Shown piece after piece: positions 19,100 to 29,721 of a stretch of 64,000 bases of DNA. The position numbers and the translations under genes were made by a program. The notes below the pieces were generated by a model that saw only the letters and a program-made list of their open reading frames with translations, ran no database searches and was not told the origin of the DNA. Every line of letters starts with the position of its first letter. The first letter of the stretch is position 1. Origin of the DNA: an uncultured Candidatus Saccharibacteria bacterium (GTDB taxonomy: Bacteria > Patescibacteriota > Minisyncoccia > Phycocordibacterales > PALSA-1337); contig CAYOTK010000006.1 of the NCBI GenBank assembly GCA_964406895.1, positions 557-64,556 of the forward strand, written 5' to 3'.

Positions 19100-19870
19100 C
19101 TAAAGCACTGTTAATATTTCTGCATTACCCTTTGTAATCAAAATCGTATGCTCGAAATGTGCGCTCGGCTGACCATCTTCAGTCTTATAAGTATATCCAT
19201 CTTTATCCAAGAATATTTCTTTGCTACCGATATTAAACATAGGCTCGATTGCAATCACCAGTCCAGGACTAAGGATCATTCCTTTGTGAGCCTCACCGTA
19301 GTTTGGCACAAACGGATCTTCGTGTACACCATAACCTACACCATGCCCACACAATTCTTCTATCAAACCATAACCATTCGCCACGGCAATTCTTTCTATG
19401 GCCGAACTTATATCTCCGATTCTATTCCCTCCTTTTGCCTGCTTGATTCCTGCCATAAGTGCTGATTTTGTATCTTGAAGTAATTTACTCAATTCTTGCG
19501 AAACATTGCCAACTGGCAGAGTAATTGCCGCATCCGTGATGAGACCTTTATGCTTCAAACCCAAATCCAGACTGACTATATCTCCTTCTTTCAAAATCTT
19601 AACCTCTTCGTTTGGTATACCGTGCACTACTTCATCATTCACAGAAACACATAAAGCAGCTGGGTAAGGTTTTTTGGCACCCTTAGGTGTGTAATTCAAA
19701 AAAGCAGGTATATCACCACCCTCTTTTATGAGTTCTAGAGCATAATCATTAAGTTCTTTTGTACTAACACCAGGAATAACTTTCTTTGCAATTTCATTCA
19801 GGATATAAGCATGCCTTTTACCACCTTCTCTCAGAATAGCTATATCTTCTTTGGTCTTTAGTTTAACCAT
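19100..19870 (-). CDS. map: methionine aminopeptidase type I
   Basis: SVNDEVVHGIP, GHGVG, IEPM and SAHFEHT motifs. Confidence 0.97.
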   Translation of the reverse strand: MVKLKTKEDIAILREGGKRHAYILNEIAKKVIPGVSTKELNDYALELIKEGGDIPAFLNYTPKGAKKPYPAALCVSVNDEVVHGIPNEEVKILKEGDIVSLDLGLKHKGLITDAAITLPVGNVSQELSKLLQDTKSALMAGIKQAKGGNRIGDISSAIERIAVANGYGLIEELCGHGVGYGVHEDPFVPNYGEAHKGMILSPGLVIAIEPMFNIGSKEIFLDKDGYTYKTEDGQPSAHFEHTILITKGNAEILTVL

Positions 19871-19879
19871 ACTATGAGA

Positions 19880-20473
19880 CTACAACAAACCGACTTTTTG
19901 TACAATATCGGCATGAATGTCCTGCGGTTCTCTATTACCATCGACAACTATACAATTGTATCTTGGATTTTTCTTGAAATATTCGATCGTGGGCACTACT
20001 TCTGTTTTGTACCATTGCAAACGTTTTTTGATCTCTGATTCTTCATCGTCCAATCTCTTGCGTAAAAGAAGTCTTCTCAAAGATTCTTCTTCTGTAACAT
20101 CAATATCTATGACCCATATCTTGTGTATGCCATAAAATTCAAAAGCTGAATCTAGAACTTCTGCTTCTCGGATTTTCCTAGGCGTGCCGTCAAATATTAT
20201 ATGTTCATTGCCAGTATATCTTTCGACAAGTGCTCTAACCCACATATAAACAGCAATAAATTCTGGGAATAATCCCCCCGTATCATAAAATTTCTTGGCT
20301 AATTTCTCGGTGCTTGTATTACCTTGAATAAACTGCCGTATTTCTTGTCCTTCTTGTATACATAATTGCTTTATGTTTGGATCTTTGTTTTTGAGAACTT
20401 GAGAAAGTAGTTCTACTTGTGTTCCTTTTCCACTACCTGAACGTCCCGTGAAAATAAAAGATTGTTGTTGCAT
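19880..20473 (-). CDS. adk: adenylate kinase (short, lid-less)
   Basis: GRSGSGKGTQ P-loop, FDGTPR, RLDD; secY-adk-map synteny. Confidence 0.88.
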   Translation of the reverse strand: MQQQSFIFTGRSGSGKGTQVELLSQVLKNKDPNIKQLCIQEGQEIRQFIQGNTSTEKLAKKFYDTGGLFPEFIAVYMWVRALVERYTGNEHIIFDGTPRKIREAEVLDSAFEFYGIHKIWVIDIDVTEEESLRRLLLRKRLDDEESEIKKRLQWYKTEVVPTIEYFKKNPRYNCIVVDGNREPQDIHADIVQKVGLL

Positions 20474-20509
20474 GGTTATATTTTAACATAGAAATTATGC
20501 TCAGTGTTG

Positions 20510-20818
20510 AAAACACCGTTGTATTATGATTTTTGTTTGATTGCAAGGTCGCCATTCCAAATTGCAACCGTATTCGTCTTCGACAGTCCCCGTATTATTT
20601 TTGTAAAATCTCGAACTCCACTCATCATGTACGGGAATTTTCACAAAAGCCAGCTTCCAAGGCTTCAGCTGGCATTTGGAAAATTCAACCGTACATTCTT
20701 CGTGGATTATTCGAGATTTTACAAAAATAATACGGGGGCTGTTCTCGACAAATACGGGCAATTTGTTCATGGCTCAAATCGCATTGCAATTAAAAAAAAC
20801 ACATCACAACGGTGTTTT
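20510..20818. repeat. ~310-bp imperfect palindrome between secY and adk
   Basis: Nested inverted blocks, including 20510-20522/20806-20818 and a perfect 28-bp pair 20588-20615/20710-20737. Confidence 0.92.
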
Positions 20819-20884
20819 ACCTTCGTGGATTATTTGAGATTTTATAAAACACTATTATGCTAAGCTCGACGAACAATAGAAATT

Positions 20885-22159
20885 TTAGTACTCTCTCATT
20901 GAAACCTGAGCATCGATCTTCTTCAAAAGATCTAGGACCACAGAGACAACGATAAGAAGCGCTGTACCACCGATAGCAAATGAACGACTAGAAGTGAAGG
21001 CTTGCATTATGAGAGGAAGAATAGCTACAACACCAAGGAATATGGCGCCAACCAAAGTGATACGAGTAACTATAGACGCGAGGTATTCTTGAGTATGCTC
21101 ACCAGGACGAACACCAGGAATGAATGCGCCTGAGCGCTGTAAATTCTCGGAAATCATCTTTGGATCAAATGTAACTGCTGTATAGAAGTAAGTGAAAGCA
21201 ACAACGAAGATGAAATAGAATGCTCCGTAAACAATTGGCTTGTTGAAAAATAGACTAAATGCAGAAGCATAGCCAGCCAAAGTTGGGAATGAAGTTGAAT
21301 GAGACAAGAAATTGGAAATAATCTGAGGGAAAAGAAGAATAGACAAAGCAAATATTATTGGAATAACACCTGCCTGATTGAGACGCAAAGGCAAATATGT
21401 AGAAGCACCGCCATAAACTTTGTTACCTCTAACTTGTTTGGCGTAAGTAACAGGAACTGATCTTTCGGCTTCAGAAACATAGACAACTCCTGCAATAACA
21501 ATAATACCAACTATAAGTGCGCCTATGTATATAGGAAGATCAGAAGGATTGAAACTGGCGAAGAATTGAGTGATTCTTGCAGGAAGAACAGCAACTATAC
21601 CAGAGAATATGATGAGAGAAACACCATTACCGATACCGAACTCTGATATAAGTTCACCGATCCACATGAGCAACATTGAACCCGCAGTTATAACAATAAT
21701 ATTGATAAGAAGCGAAAATGAACCCAGATGTGGCAAAACGTTTTGAGACTGCAAAACAGTCATGAAGCCAACAGCTGACAATATTGCAAGAGGAACAGCT
21801 AATAGTCGTGAATAATGAGAAAGTTTCAATCTACCAGCTTCACCCTCATCATGTAATAATGCTTTCCATTTTGGAAACATCATCGTTAAAAGCTGAATTA
21901 TGATAGAAGCTGTGATGAATGGACCTACTCCCAACATACCGATAGATCGATTGGACAAACCACCACCAGAGAAAATATTCAAAAAACCAAAAAACTGACT
22001 AGAAGAAAGGAGTTTGGACAAATTGCCGAGATCTACACTGGGAATAGGTATAGCGACCAAAAGTCTGAATAGGACCAATGCAAGAACAGTAAAGCCAAGC
22101 CTTTTCCTAAGTATAGGATCCTTGAAAGCCATACTCATTTTCACAAAAAAATTTTGCAT
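20885..22159 (-). CDS. secY: preprotein translocase SecY
   Basis: GV.PFITASII.QLL, GIGNGVSLIIF, AGVIPIIFA and IPGVRPG motifs. Confidence 0.98.
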   Translation of the reverse strand: MQNFFVKMSMAFKDPILRKRLGFTVLALVLFRLLVAIPIPSVDLGNLSKLLSSSQFFGFLNIFSGGGLSNRSIGMLGVGPFITASIIIQLLTMMFPKWKALLHDEGEAGRLKLSHYSRLLAVPLAILSAVGFMTVLQSQNVLPHLGSFSLLINIIVITAGSMLLMWIGELISEFGIGNGVSLIIFSGIVAVLPARITQFFASFNPSDLPIYIGALIVGIIVIAGVVYVSEAERSVPVTYAKQVRGNKVYGGASTYLPLRLNQAGVIPIIFALSILLFPQIISNFLSHSTSFPTLAGYASAFSLFFNKPIVYGAFYFIFVVAFTYFYTAVTFDPKMISENLQRSGAFIPGVRPGEHTQEYLASIVTRITLVGAIFLGVVAILPLIMQAFTSSRSFAIGGTALLIVVSVVLDLLKKIDAQVSMREY

Positions 22160-22164
22160 TGTTT

Positions 22165-22779
22165 TTATTTCTTAACGTTCCTCTTCTCGACTTTTTTGAC
22201 TGGTTTTGCTTCTTTCTTTGCATCTACTGACTTTTTTGTTTCTTTCTTTGCTTTTGGTGTTGATTCTGCTACTTCTTCTACTACTGGTGCGCTCGCAACT
22301 TTTGCAACTGGGGCAACAACTTCTTCTTTGACTACAAGTAATGTTACCACACCTCCCGCTTTCTCTATCTTCTCCTTTGCACTTGTAGAGATGAAACAAC
22401 CAGAAATATTGAGGGATTTGGTCAATTCACCATCACCAAGAATTTTAACAGTTGGTATTTTGCCAGACAAAGTACTCAATATACCCTTCTCAACTATTGT
22501 TGTTGGTGTAACACTTTCTCCTGCCTTGAATGATGTCTCCAAAGCTGAAAGGTTGACGATTTCAGGCTTGATGCTGTATGACTTGAAAGAATTGACTCCA
22601 CGACCGCGAAGCTTAGGAAGTTTCTTGATGATATCTCGCCATTCTGGTCTGCGCTTGTTACCAGCACGTGCTGATTGACCCTTACCTCCGCGACCAGCTG
22701 TTTTACCACGCTTGCCTCCACGAGCAACTATCATTCGCTTTGTATTTGGATGTATTCTTTTGAGTTGATGAGTTTGCAT
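22165..22779 (-). CDS. rplO: 50S ribosomal protein L15 with Lys/Ala/Glu-rich C-terminal extension
   Basis: GKTAGRGGKGQSAR, KILGDGEL and KIEKAGG motifs. Confidence 0.96.
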   Translation of the reverse strand: MQTHQLKRIHPNTKRMIVARGGKRGKTAGRGGKGQSARAGNKRRPEWRDIIKKLPKLRGRGVNSFKSYSIKPEIVNLSALETSFKAGESVTPTTIVEKGILSTLSGKIPTVKILGDGELTKSLNISGCFISTSAKEKIEKAGGVVTLLVVKEEVVAPVAKVASAPVVEEVAESTPKAKKETKKSVDAKKEAKPVKKVEKRNVKK

Positions 22780-22789
22780 GGTATTTGTA

Positions 22790-23485
22790 TTAATTCTTAG
22801 CTTTCATGTCTTTCCTAGAAACCTTAGTCAAATTGCTCAATGCTTCTATTGCTGACTTTGCATTATTAAGTTTGTTTTTACTTCCTGAAAGGAATTTGGC
22901 ACAAACGTCTTTTATACCTGCCAATTCGATGACTGAACGAGCCGAGCTTCCTGCTACGACTCCTCTACCTCTTGCAGGAAAAATCATGATGCGAGCACTT
23001 GCGTATTTGCCCTCTACTGCGTGAGGAATTGTCATTTGAGGCGAAAGAGGTATTTTGATCAAGTTCTTTTTGGCCTCTCTTGTGGCTTTCTCTACAGCAG
23101 ATGCTGTATCTATACTCTTACCAAGACCGACACCTACTCTGCCCTTCCTATCACCAGCCACAACTGCGACACTGAAATTCATACGACGTCCGCCAGATGT
23201 AACTCTTGTTACTCTGCGAATATCAATAATCTTACTGTCGAATTCTGGCTTGACTCTTTCGCGATTTTCATTTCTGTTGTTTCTAGAACCACCTCTTTGG
23301 CCTTGTGCTGAATTCTGGCCCCCATGTCCACCTCGACGTGCTGTGTCACCACGGCCTCTGCGACCCAAAGTAACTTTTGAAGCGCCCTCAGTCACAGTCA
23401 CAGTTGCCTCACTTGCAACAGGAATAACAGGAGCAGTATTTGCTGTATTAGTATCTGTATTAATTTTTGTGTCTTTTTCTGTCAT
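22790..23485 (-). CDS. rpsE: 30S ribosomal protein S5 with N-terminal extension
   Basis: IRRVTRVTSGGRR and GDRKGRVG motifs. Confidence 0.97.
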   Translation of the reverse strand: MTEKDTKINTDTNTANTAPVIPVASEATVTVTEGASKVTLGRRGRGDTARRGGHGGQNSAQGQRGGSRNNRNENRERVKPEFDSKIIDIRRVTRVTSGGRRMNFSVAVVAGDRKGRVGVGLGKSIDTASAVEKATREAKKNLIKIPLSPQMTIPHAVEGKYASARIMIFPARGRGVVAGSSARSVIELAGIKDVCAKFLSGSKNKLNNAKSAIEALSNLTKVSRKDMKAKN

Positions 23486-23494
23486 ATAAATATA

Positions 23495-23845
23495 TTAAAA
23501 TTCTAGTCCACCTTCTCGTGCGGCATCGGCTACGACTTTTATTTTACCGGTGTATAAATATCCACCCCTATCGAATACAACCTTGGTAATATTAGCGGCT
23601 TTTGCTTTTTTGGCAATATCGACTCCGAGCAATTTGGCCTGCTCTGTTGGTGTGCCTTTTGTCTTCTTTGTATCACCAGAAACAAGAGTGTGACCCTTAT
23701 CATCGTTTATGATCTGTGCGTATATATATTTGTGAGATTTGAAAACAGACAAACGAGGTCTTTCTGCTGTACCAGAAATCTTAGCGCGAGTTCTCGCTTT
23801 TCTTCTTATGAATTTCTGTTGCTTTGTTTTTAGGATGTTTGCCAT
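23495..23845 (-). CDS. rplR: 50S ribosomal protein L18
   Basis: [17 protein letters not shown] and AREGGLEF motifs. Confidence 0.97.
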   Translation of the reverse strand: MANILKTKQQKFIRRKARTRAKISGTAERPRLSVFKSHKYIYAQIINDDKGHTLVSGDTKKTKGTPTEQAKLLGVDIAKKAKAANITKVVFDRGGYLYTGKIKVVADAAREGGLEF

Positions 23846-23850
23846 GTTTT

Positions 23851-24384
23851 TTATGCGGCCTTCTTGCCTTGCTTACGTCTTATAACTTCATCTGAATATC
23901 TAATACCTTTACCAAGATATGGTTCCGGTTTCTTGATAGCCCTGACTTTTGCTGCGAACTGACCGACTTGTTCACAATCTATACCAGAAACTGATATACC
24001 ACTCTTATCAGAAACAACTTTGAGATCTGCTGGTATTGGTACAGATACTGGGTGTGAAAAGCCAACCGCCAAAACAAGATCCTTGCCTTTAACGTCTGCT
24101 TTGTAACCGATACCTTCTATGATGAGTTTCTTCTCATAAGCTTTATTTACTCCTGCAATCATATTCTTGAGATGTGAAGCATATGTTCCCCACAAGGCTT
24201 TTGCTTGTAGTGAGTTGTGATTGAGTGTCAAAACAACATTGTCTTTTTCGATTGCAATACCAATATCGTCTTTGAATCTTTTCTTCAATTCTCCCAATGG
24301 GCCTTTGACAACCACAAAACCGTCTTTGAGGGAGACCTCTGTCTTTGCTGGTATTATGATTGGTTTTTTGGCTATTCTTGACAT
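23851..24384 (-). CDS. rplF: 50S ribosomal protein L6
   Basis: MSRIAKKPI and KPEPY.GKGIRY motifs. Confidence 0.98.
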   Translation of the reverse strand: MSRIAKKPIIIPAKTEVSLKDGFVVVKGPLGELKKRFKDDIGIAIEKDNVVLTLNHNSLQAKALWGTYASHLKNMIAGVNKAYEKKLIIEGIGYKADVKGKDLVLAVGFSHPVSVPIPADLKVVSDKSGISVSGIDCEQVGQFAAKVRAIKKPEPYLGKGIRYSDEVIRRKQGKKAA

Positions 24385-24400
24385 AGTATTTTTTTATTTA

Positions 24401-24793
24401 TTACCAGATTCTGAACAAGACTTCTCCACCGACTTTGTTTTTCTTGGCTTCCATATCTGTCATCACTCCTTTTGGAGTAGACAAGAATGTATTGCCGAAA
24501 CCACTTCTGAAGACTCTTATATCACTGGATCTCTGATATATTCTCTTGGAAAGTTTCGAAATCCTCTCAACACCATTGACTCTGGCCATGTCACCTATAT
24601 ATGCAATACCAACTTCTAGGAATTTTGAATTACCTTCTGACTTCTTCTCGACTGAAGAAACATAACCTGCCTTCTTGAGAGCGTGAGCTATGTTTTCTAC
24701 GAATTTTGAATGAGAAACACGAATAGAAGGCTTGTTGGCGTCACTGCCATTCTTGATGCGAATTATGAAGTCTGAAACTGGGTCTGTTACCAT
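24401..24793 (-). CDS. rpsH: 30S ribosomal protein S8
   Basis: TDPVSDFIIRIKN, LSTPKGVMT and GGEVL motifs. Confidence 0.97.
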   Translation of the reverse strand: MVTDPVSDFIIRIKNGSDANKPSIRVSHSKFVENIAHALKKAGYVSSVEKKSEGNSKFLEVGIAYIGDMARVNGVERISKLSKRIYQRSSDIRVFRSGFGNTFLSTPKGVMTDMEAKKNKVGGEVLFRIW

Positions 24794-24972
24794 GATGATT
24801 TTTTTATACCTGGTATTGTGCCTTCGTTGGCAAATTCACGGAAACAAATACGGCAAAGATCGAAATCTCTCATATAACCGCGCTTCCTGCCGCATCTGAA
24901 ACAACGCCTAACGACGCGCGACTTGAATTTCGGCTTTTTCTGCGATCTTGCTATTACTGATGTTTTTGCCAT
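24787..24972 (-). CDS. rpsN: 30S ribosomal protein S14 (zinc-binding C+ type)
   Basis: RC.RCGR...LCRICFRE; 61 aa. Confidence 0.96.
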   Translation of the reverse strand: MAKTSVIARSQKKPKFKSRVVRRCFRCGRKRGYMRDFDLCRICFREFANEGTIPGIKKSSW

Positions 24973-25078
24973 TTTATAACAATAAAACTTGGATTGGTCA
25001 GCTTTTTCGTCTTATGACTAAATGCTTCCAAACACTACCTTTAAGACACATATTTAATGAAACTTAAGGTAATGATGA

Positions 25079-25106
25079 TACTAGCAGATTGATATATTTT
25101 GGTCAA
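25079..25106 (-). promoter_or_regulatory. sigma70-like promoter for the rpsN-secY fragment
   Basis: Minus strand TTGACC-17 nt-(TGc)TAGTAT. Confidence 0.65.
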
Positions 25107-25183
25107 TACTCCTCTCATTTATTATTACAAACGCAAAATCACATAATGCGCTATAATTCATGTATTAATAAATATCAAATCAT

Positions 25184-26131
25184 ATGAATCCAAAACCCAT
25201 AACAACACCAAAAGATTTCTTCCTAGATCTTACTTGGCTTATTGCTTTATACGCCAGTATTATAAGCCTCATCAACATATTGTTTGAGACCATCAATCGT
25301 TCTTTCCCTGATGTATTATCGTATCAAAACTACTATGTTGGAACATATGACACTTCTATTAGACTATCAATAGCCTGCCTTATCGTATTCTTCCCTGTCT
25401 ATATATTGATAACAAGATACGTAAGAAAAATTACAGAGAATGATCCGAGCAAGAAAGATATTCGCTCACACAAATGGTTTGTATACTTGACTGTATTTCT
25501 AACGAGCATAACCATGCTTGTCGACCTTATAGCACTCATAAATACATTCTTGAATGGAGAGATAACAACAAGATTTATCCTAAAAGTAATTGCCATATTG
25601 ATAGTGATGGGTGTGGCGTTTGGATATTACATGTTCGAACTCAGGAAAGAAGGCGTGAGTAATAAGATTGGAAATATATTTGTATCAATCTCAATATTGA
25701 TTACAGTAGGCACTCTTGTATATGCTTTCATAATCATAGGTTCTCCCAATCAAGAAAGACTGAGGAAAATAGATCAACAGAAAATATATGATCTACAAAA
25801 TATTCAGTACAAAATTCTAGATTATTGGCAGAAGCAGTCACGAATACCAGCAAGTTTAAATGTCTTGAATGATCCTATATATTCTTTCACCATCCCTCAT
25901 GATCCAGATTTTCGTTCAGGCAAGAATAGTTCTGACTATGTATATACAGTTATAGATGCAAACACCTTTGAATTATGTGCAGTATTCAATGCAAAAAGCA
26001 TCAACGACGCAGATAAGTATTCGAGCGCGTCTTATCCTGTCATGGCAAATGATGACAATTGGACACATGAACAAGGAATGAAGTGTTTCAAAAGAGTTTT
26101 GGACAAAACCAAATATCCACCGGTAAAATAA
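25184..26131 (+). CDS. DUF5671-like membrane protein
   Basis: KDFFL.L...LY, several TM helices and FL.GE.T.RF.LK, recalled as typical of this CPR family. Confidence 0.75.
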   Translation: MNPKPITTPKDFFLDLTWLIALYASIISLINILFETINRSFPDVLSYQNYYVGTYDTSIRLSIACLIVFFPVYILITRYVRKITENDPSKKDIRSHKWFVYLTVFLTSITMLVDLIALINTFLNGEITTRFILKVIAILIVMGVAFGYYMFELRKEGVSNKIGNIFVSISILITVGTLVYAFIIIGSPNQERLRKIDQQKIYDLQNIQYKILDYWQKQSRIPASLNVLNDPIYSFTIPHDPDFRSGKNSSDYVYTVIDANTFELCAVFNAKSINDADKYSSASYPVMANDDNWTHEQGMKCFKRVLDKTKYPPVK

Positions 26132-26172
26132 AGTGACGTTTGTGCTATAATTGAATTATAATAAATAAAAAA

Positions 26173-27687
26173 ATGAAGAAATCTTTCATAAGACGTCCTT
26201 TCGTATATGTTCCTATTGTCGTAGTTATTATTTTAATAATATTTGTTGTCGTATTTAGAGGTTCTAGCACAAAATATGAGACAACTATCGCCAAAAGAGG
26301 CAATTTCAAACTCGAAGTCTCCGCGTCCGGTCGCGTGGTCGCGAAGGATCGTGCCGATCTCGGTTTCGAACAAAACGGCAAAATCAGCGCAATATACGCC
26401 AAGGTCGGTGATTCAGTGAAAGTAGGCTCTCCGATAGCAAGCATAGAAAATGCAGATCTCAAAGCCGAACTTGCACAAAAATCCGCAAATCTTGCAAAAG
26501 AACAAGCCAAACTTGCTTCCCTATTACAAGGCACAAGACCAGAACAATTAGTCATAGACAAACAAAATTTTGCCGATTCTTCAAAGGCAATGATAATAGC
26601 AATGCGTTCAGCATACGCAATAGCAGAAGGCGCGATGCTTAACAATGCCGATACAATGTTTACGAATGGCAACAGTGTCAATCCAACTCTGAAAATAAAC
26701 GCGCAAAGTTACAACGAACAAAGAGATATGGAAGGTAGAAGACAGCAGATTACAGAAAGACTCAAGGCATGGAAAGATGCCATGACCAATATTACAGACA
26801 CAACAAATACCAAACAAATAGACAATGCTAGAGTTGCAGCAGAATCAGCATTTACTCTCATGAAGACATTCTCTGACAAATTGAGTTATATTACCAACAA
26901 TATATATGAGGGTAATTCGGGACTGAGTCAAAGCACTATAGATTCATACAAAAATTCCGCTAATGTATTGGGCACGAATATAGCAAGTGCATTAGAAACA
27001 TATCAAACCGCCTCGACCGCATGGAACAAATACAAAGCCGGCCTAGATCTTTCTCTTGCAGGAGCAACAAAAGAAGATATAGTCGCAGAGCAAGCACAAG
27101 TACAATCTGCAATGGCGGATGTAGAGGCAGCAAGATCAAAACTTGCCAAATCAATAATATTCGCTCCATTCGATGGCATAATAACAAAAGCCGATGGCAA
27201 AATTGGCGAAATCATTTCACCCAATACTTCTCTATTCTCTGTCATGAGCACATCTACTTTCGAAATAGAGAGTTATGTACCAGAAGTACATATAGCCAAT
27301 ATCAAAGCTGGCGACAAGGCTTCTGTGATTCTGGACGCATATGGAGAAGATGTAATATTCAATGCTCTAGTTTACTCCGTTGATCCTGCAGAAACAATAA
27401 AAGACGGCGTATCAACCTACAAAGTAACTCTTGTATTCAAAGATAACGATCCTCGTATCAAGTCAGGAATGACCGCTAGTGTCAAAATAACAACCTTAGA
27501 AAAAAATGACACGATTGTTGTACCACAAGGCTTCATAAAAATGATTGATGGTAAGAAAACAGTAACGATTCTGAATGGCAAAAACAAAACCACAGTACCT
27601 GTAGTAACAGACGGTTTATCAGCTTTAGGTCAATCAGAAATAGTACAGGGCCTCGCGGGTGGCGAAACCCTAATATTAGAAAAATAA
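26173..27687 (+). CDS. efflux periplasmic adaptor (HlyD/MacA-like)
   Basis: N-terminal anchor, lipoyl halves (VKVG...; APFDGII), long coiled coil, IKSGMTA. Confidence 0.9.
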   Translation: MKKSFIRRPFVYVPIVVVIILIIFVVVFRGSSTKYETTIAKRGNFKLEVSASGRVVAKDRADLGFEQNGKISAIYAKVGDSVKVGSPIASIENADLKAELAQKSANLAKEQAKLASLLQGTRPEQLVIDKQNFADSSKAMIIAMRSAYAIAEGAMLNNADTMFTNGNSVNPTLKINAQSYNEQRDMEGRRQQITERLKAWKDAMTNITDTTNTKQIDNARVAAESAFTLMKTFSDKLSYITNNIYEGNSGLSQSTIDSYKNSANVLGTNIASALETYQTASTAWNKYKAGLDLSLAGATKEDIVAEQAQVQSAMADVEAARSKLAKSIIFAPFDGIITKADGKIGEIISPNTSLFSVMSTSTFEIESYVPEVHIANIKAGDKASVILDAYGEDVIFNALVYSVDPAETIKDGVSTYKVTLVFKDNDPRIKSGMTASVKITTLEKNDTIVVPQGFIKMIDGKKTVTILNGKNKTTVPVVTDGLSALGQSEIVQGLAGGETLILEK

Positions 27688-27690
27688 AAT

Positions 27691-28947
27691 ATGTTTTCTG
27701 CTCTCAATCTCAGAATTGGATTATTCCTAGCGATAAGACAAATCAAGAGGTCTAGCAAATGGACCAATGGTCTTATTATTTTCGTCATGATACTTACCTT
27801 CTTGAATCTAGTTATCATTTCTGGGATTCTAGTTGGACTTATTCAAGGAGCTGTTGATTCTGTTAGGAAACAATATACAAGTGACGTCATCATATCTACT
27901 CTCAAAGACAAAACGTTCATTGAATATAGTCCGGAAATATTGAAAATACTAGAGAAAGTACCGGAAGTACAAAACGTCAGTCCGAGATATATAGGAGGTG
28001 CAGTATTAGAAGCTAATTACAAAGAAAAAATCAACGATACAGACAAACCCAATACAGCAAATGCACAAATCGTCGGCATAAATCCAGAAGCAGAAGATGC
28101 AATTACAAATCTCAGTAAATTCGTCATAGAAGGTTCATATCTACAACCGAATGATTATGACCAAATACTTCTTGGTTCATATCTCTTGAAGAAATATTTA
28201 CCCGTCGACTCTCCAGGATTTAGTGCTCTCTATAACGTAGAAGTAGGTAGTAAAATAAGAATCAAAATTAACGGCGTCAATCGTGAAGTAACAGTCAAAG
28301 GCATCATAAAAACCAAAACTGATGAGGTCAGTATGCGCGCTTTCATGGTTGATACACAGCTACGAAGTATCATAGGCAGGAATGATTTCAACGTTTCAGA
28401 GATTTCAGTCAAACTCAAAGACGGTGTAGACCCTGCGCATGTACGAGATTATTTGAAAACAAACGGTATTGATAAATTCGCAAAAGTCCAAACCTATACA
28501 GATGCCGAACCCAAGTTCATCAAAGACATGATGAATACCTTTGCTCTTCTCGGTAATCTTATCAGTTCGATAGGCCTTGCTGTGGCTTCTATCACAATAT
28601 TCATTGTTATATTCATTAACGCTCTTACACGCAGGAAATATATTGGCATATTGAAAGGCATAGGAATAAGCGGTGAAGCCATAGAAGTTTCTTATATTTT
28701 CCAATCAATATTTTATTCGGTTACAGGATCTATTATTGGCTTTGTCGTGTTGTATGCAGTGCTCCAGCCAACAATTGCTGCTCACCCTATAAACTTCCCA
28801 TTCAGTGATGGCATTCTAGTCGCACCTCTTTCTGGCACATTTTTCCGCATTGCCCTTCTTGTCATTGCTACCGTCATTGCAGGTTATATTCCTGCCAGAA
28901 TGATTGTCAGAAAAAATACCCTAGATTCCATACTAGGTAGAAAATAA
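27691..28947 (+). CDS. MacB/FtsX/LolE-family ABC permease
   Basis: TM1, large extracytoplasmic domain, then 3 TM; RRKYIGILKGIG and IPAR motifs. Confidence 0.9.
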   Translation: MFSALNLRIGLFLAIRQIKRSSKWTNGLIIFVMILTFLNLVIISGILVGLIQGAVDSVRKQYTSDVIISTLKDKTFIEYSPEILKILEKVPEVQNVSPRYIGGAVLEANYKEKINDTDKPNTANAQIVGINPEAEDAITNLSKFVIEGSYLQPNDYDQILLGSYLLKKYLPVDSPGFSALYNVEVGSKIRIKINGVNREVTVKGIIKTKTDEVSMRAFMVDTQLRSIIGRNDFNVSEISVKLKDGVDPAHVRDYLKTNGIDKFAKVQTYTDAEPKFIKDMMNTFALLGNLISSIGLAVASITIFIVIFINALTRRKYIGILKGIGISGEAIEVSYIFQSIFYSVTGSIIGFVVLYAVLQPTIAAHPINFPFSDGILVAPLSGTFFRIALLVIATVIAGYIPARMIVRKNTLDSILGRK

Positions 28948-28951
28948 AAAT

Positions 28952-29632
28952 ATGATTAAAACAAAAAATCTAAAAAAATCATTCCAGAATGGAAACATTC
29001 AAACAGAAATACTCAAAGGTATTGATTTCGAGGTATCCGCAGGTGAATTCATCGCTATCATGGGAAGATCTGGAGCCGGAAAAAGTACTTTCATGTATCA
29101 AATCAGCTTATTGGATGAACCAACTAGTGGCGAAGTTATCATAGACGGAACCAATACACACAACATGTCCAATGAAGAAAAAACTTCTTTCCGACTAACT
29201 AAACTCGGCTACGTATTCCAGGACTATGCTCTCATACCAGAATTAACAGCCCTAGAAAATGTTGCCCTGCCCCTACTCATGCAGAGTGCTCCGAAAGAAA
29301 AAGCCTTTCGAGTTGCTACCGAGGCTCTTACAAAAGTTGGTCTTGGTGATCATTTATCGCAATTGCCTAGCCAACTTTCTGGTGGTGAACAACAAAGAGT
29401 CAGTATATCGAGAGCTATCGCTCACAAACCAGAAATCCTTTTCGCCGATGAGCCCACTGCAAATCTAGATAATGAGTCATCGAAAACTGTCATGGCTATT
29501 TTCGATCAGCTTCATAAAGAAGGTCAAACTATAATCATGGTCACTCATGAAGAGCAATATGCAAAAATGTCAGAGAAAATCATCAAACTTGATGATGGAA
29601 GAATAGTTGAAGAGATACGAAATAAGAAATAA
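28952..29632 (+). CDS. ABC transporter ATP-binding protein (LolD/MacB-like)
   Basis: GRSGAGKS, LSGGEQQR, ADEPT and VTHE motifs. Confidence 0.95.
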   Translation: MIKTKNLKKSFQNGNIQTEILKGIDFEVSAGEFIAIMGRSGAGKSTFMYQISLLDEPTSGEVIIDGTNTHNMSNEEKTSFRLTKLGYVFQDYALIPELTALENVALPLLMQSAPKEKAFRVATEALTKVGLGDHLSQLPSQLSGGEQQRVSISRAIAHKPEILFADEPTANLDNESSKTVMAIFDQLHKEGQTIIMVTHEEQYAKMSEKIIKLDDGRIVEEIRNKK

Positions 29633-29721
29633 AAACATTGACAGTAAGCGATTTTTATTCTAATGTATACACAGAACGGTTGCCGAACCGTCCGGATGGT
29701 ATGAAGTATTTGTGGACATGA

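Noticed and set aside
20501-20863. Three overlapping ORFs on both strands with similar peptides
   Set aside because: The similarity is a by-product of the long inverted repeat; there is no evidence of coding.
22780-22789. Absence of rpmD (L30) between rpsE and rplO
   Set aside because: Real, but an established CPR trait; used only as a taxonomic hint.
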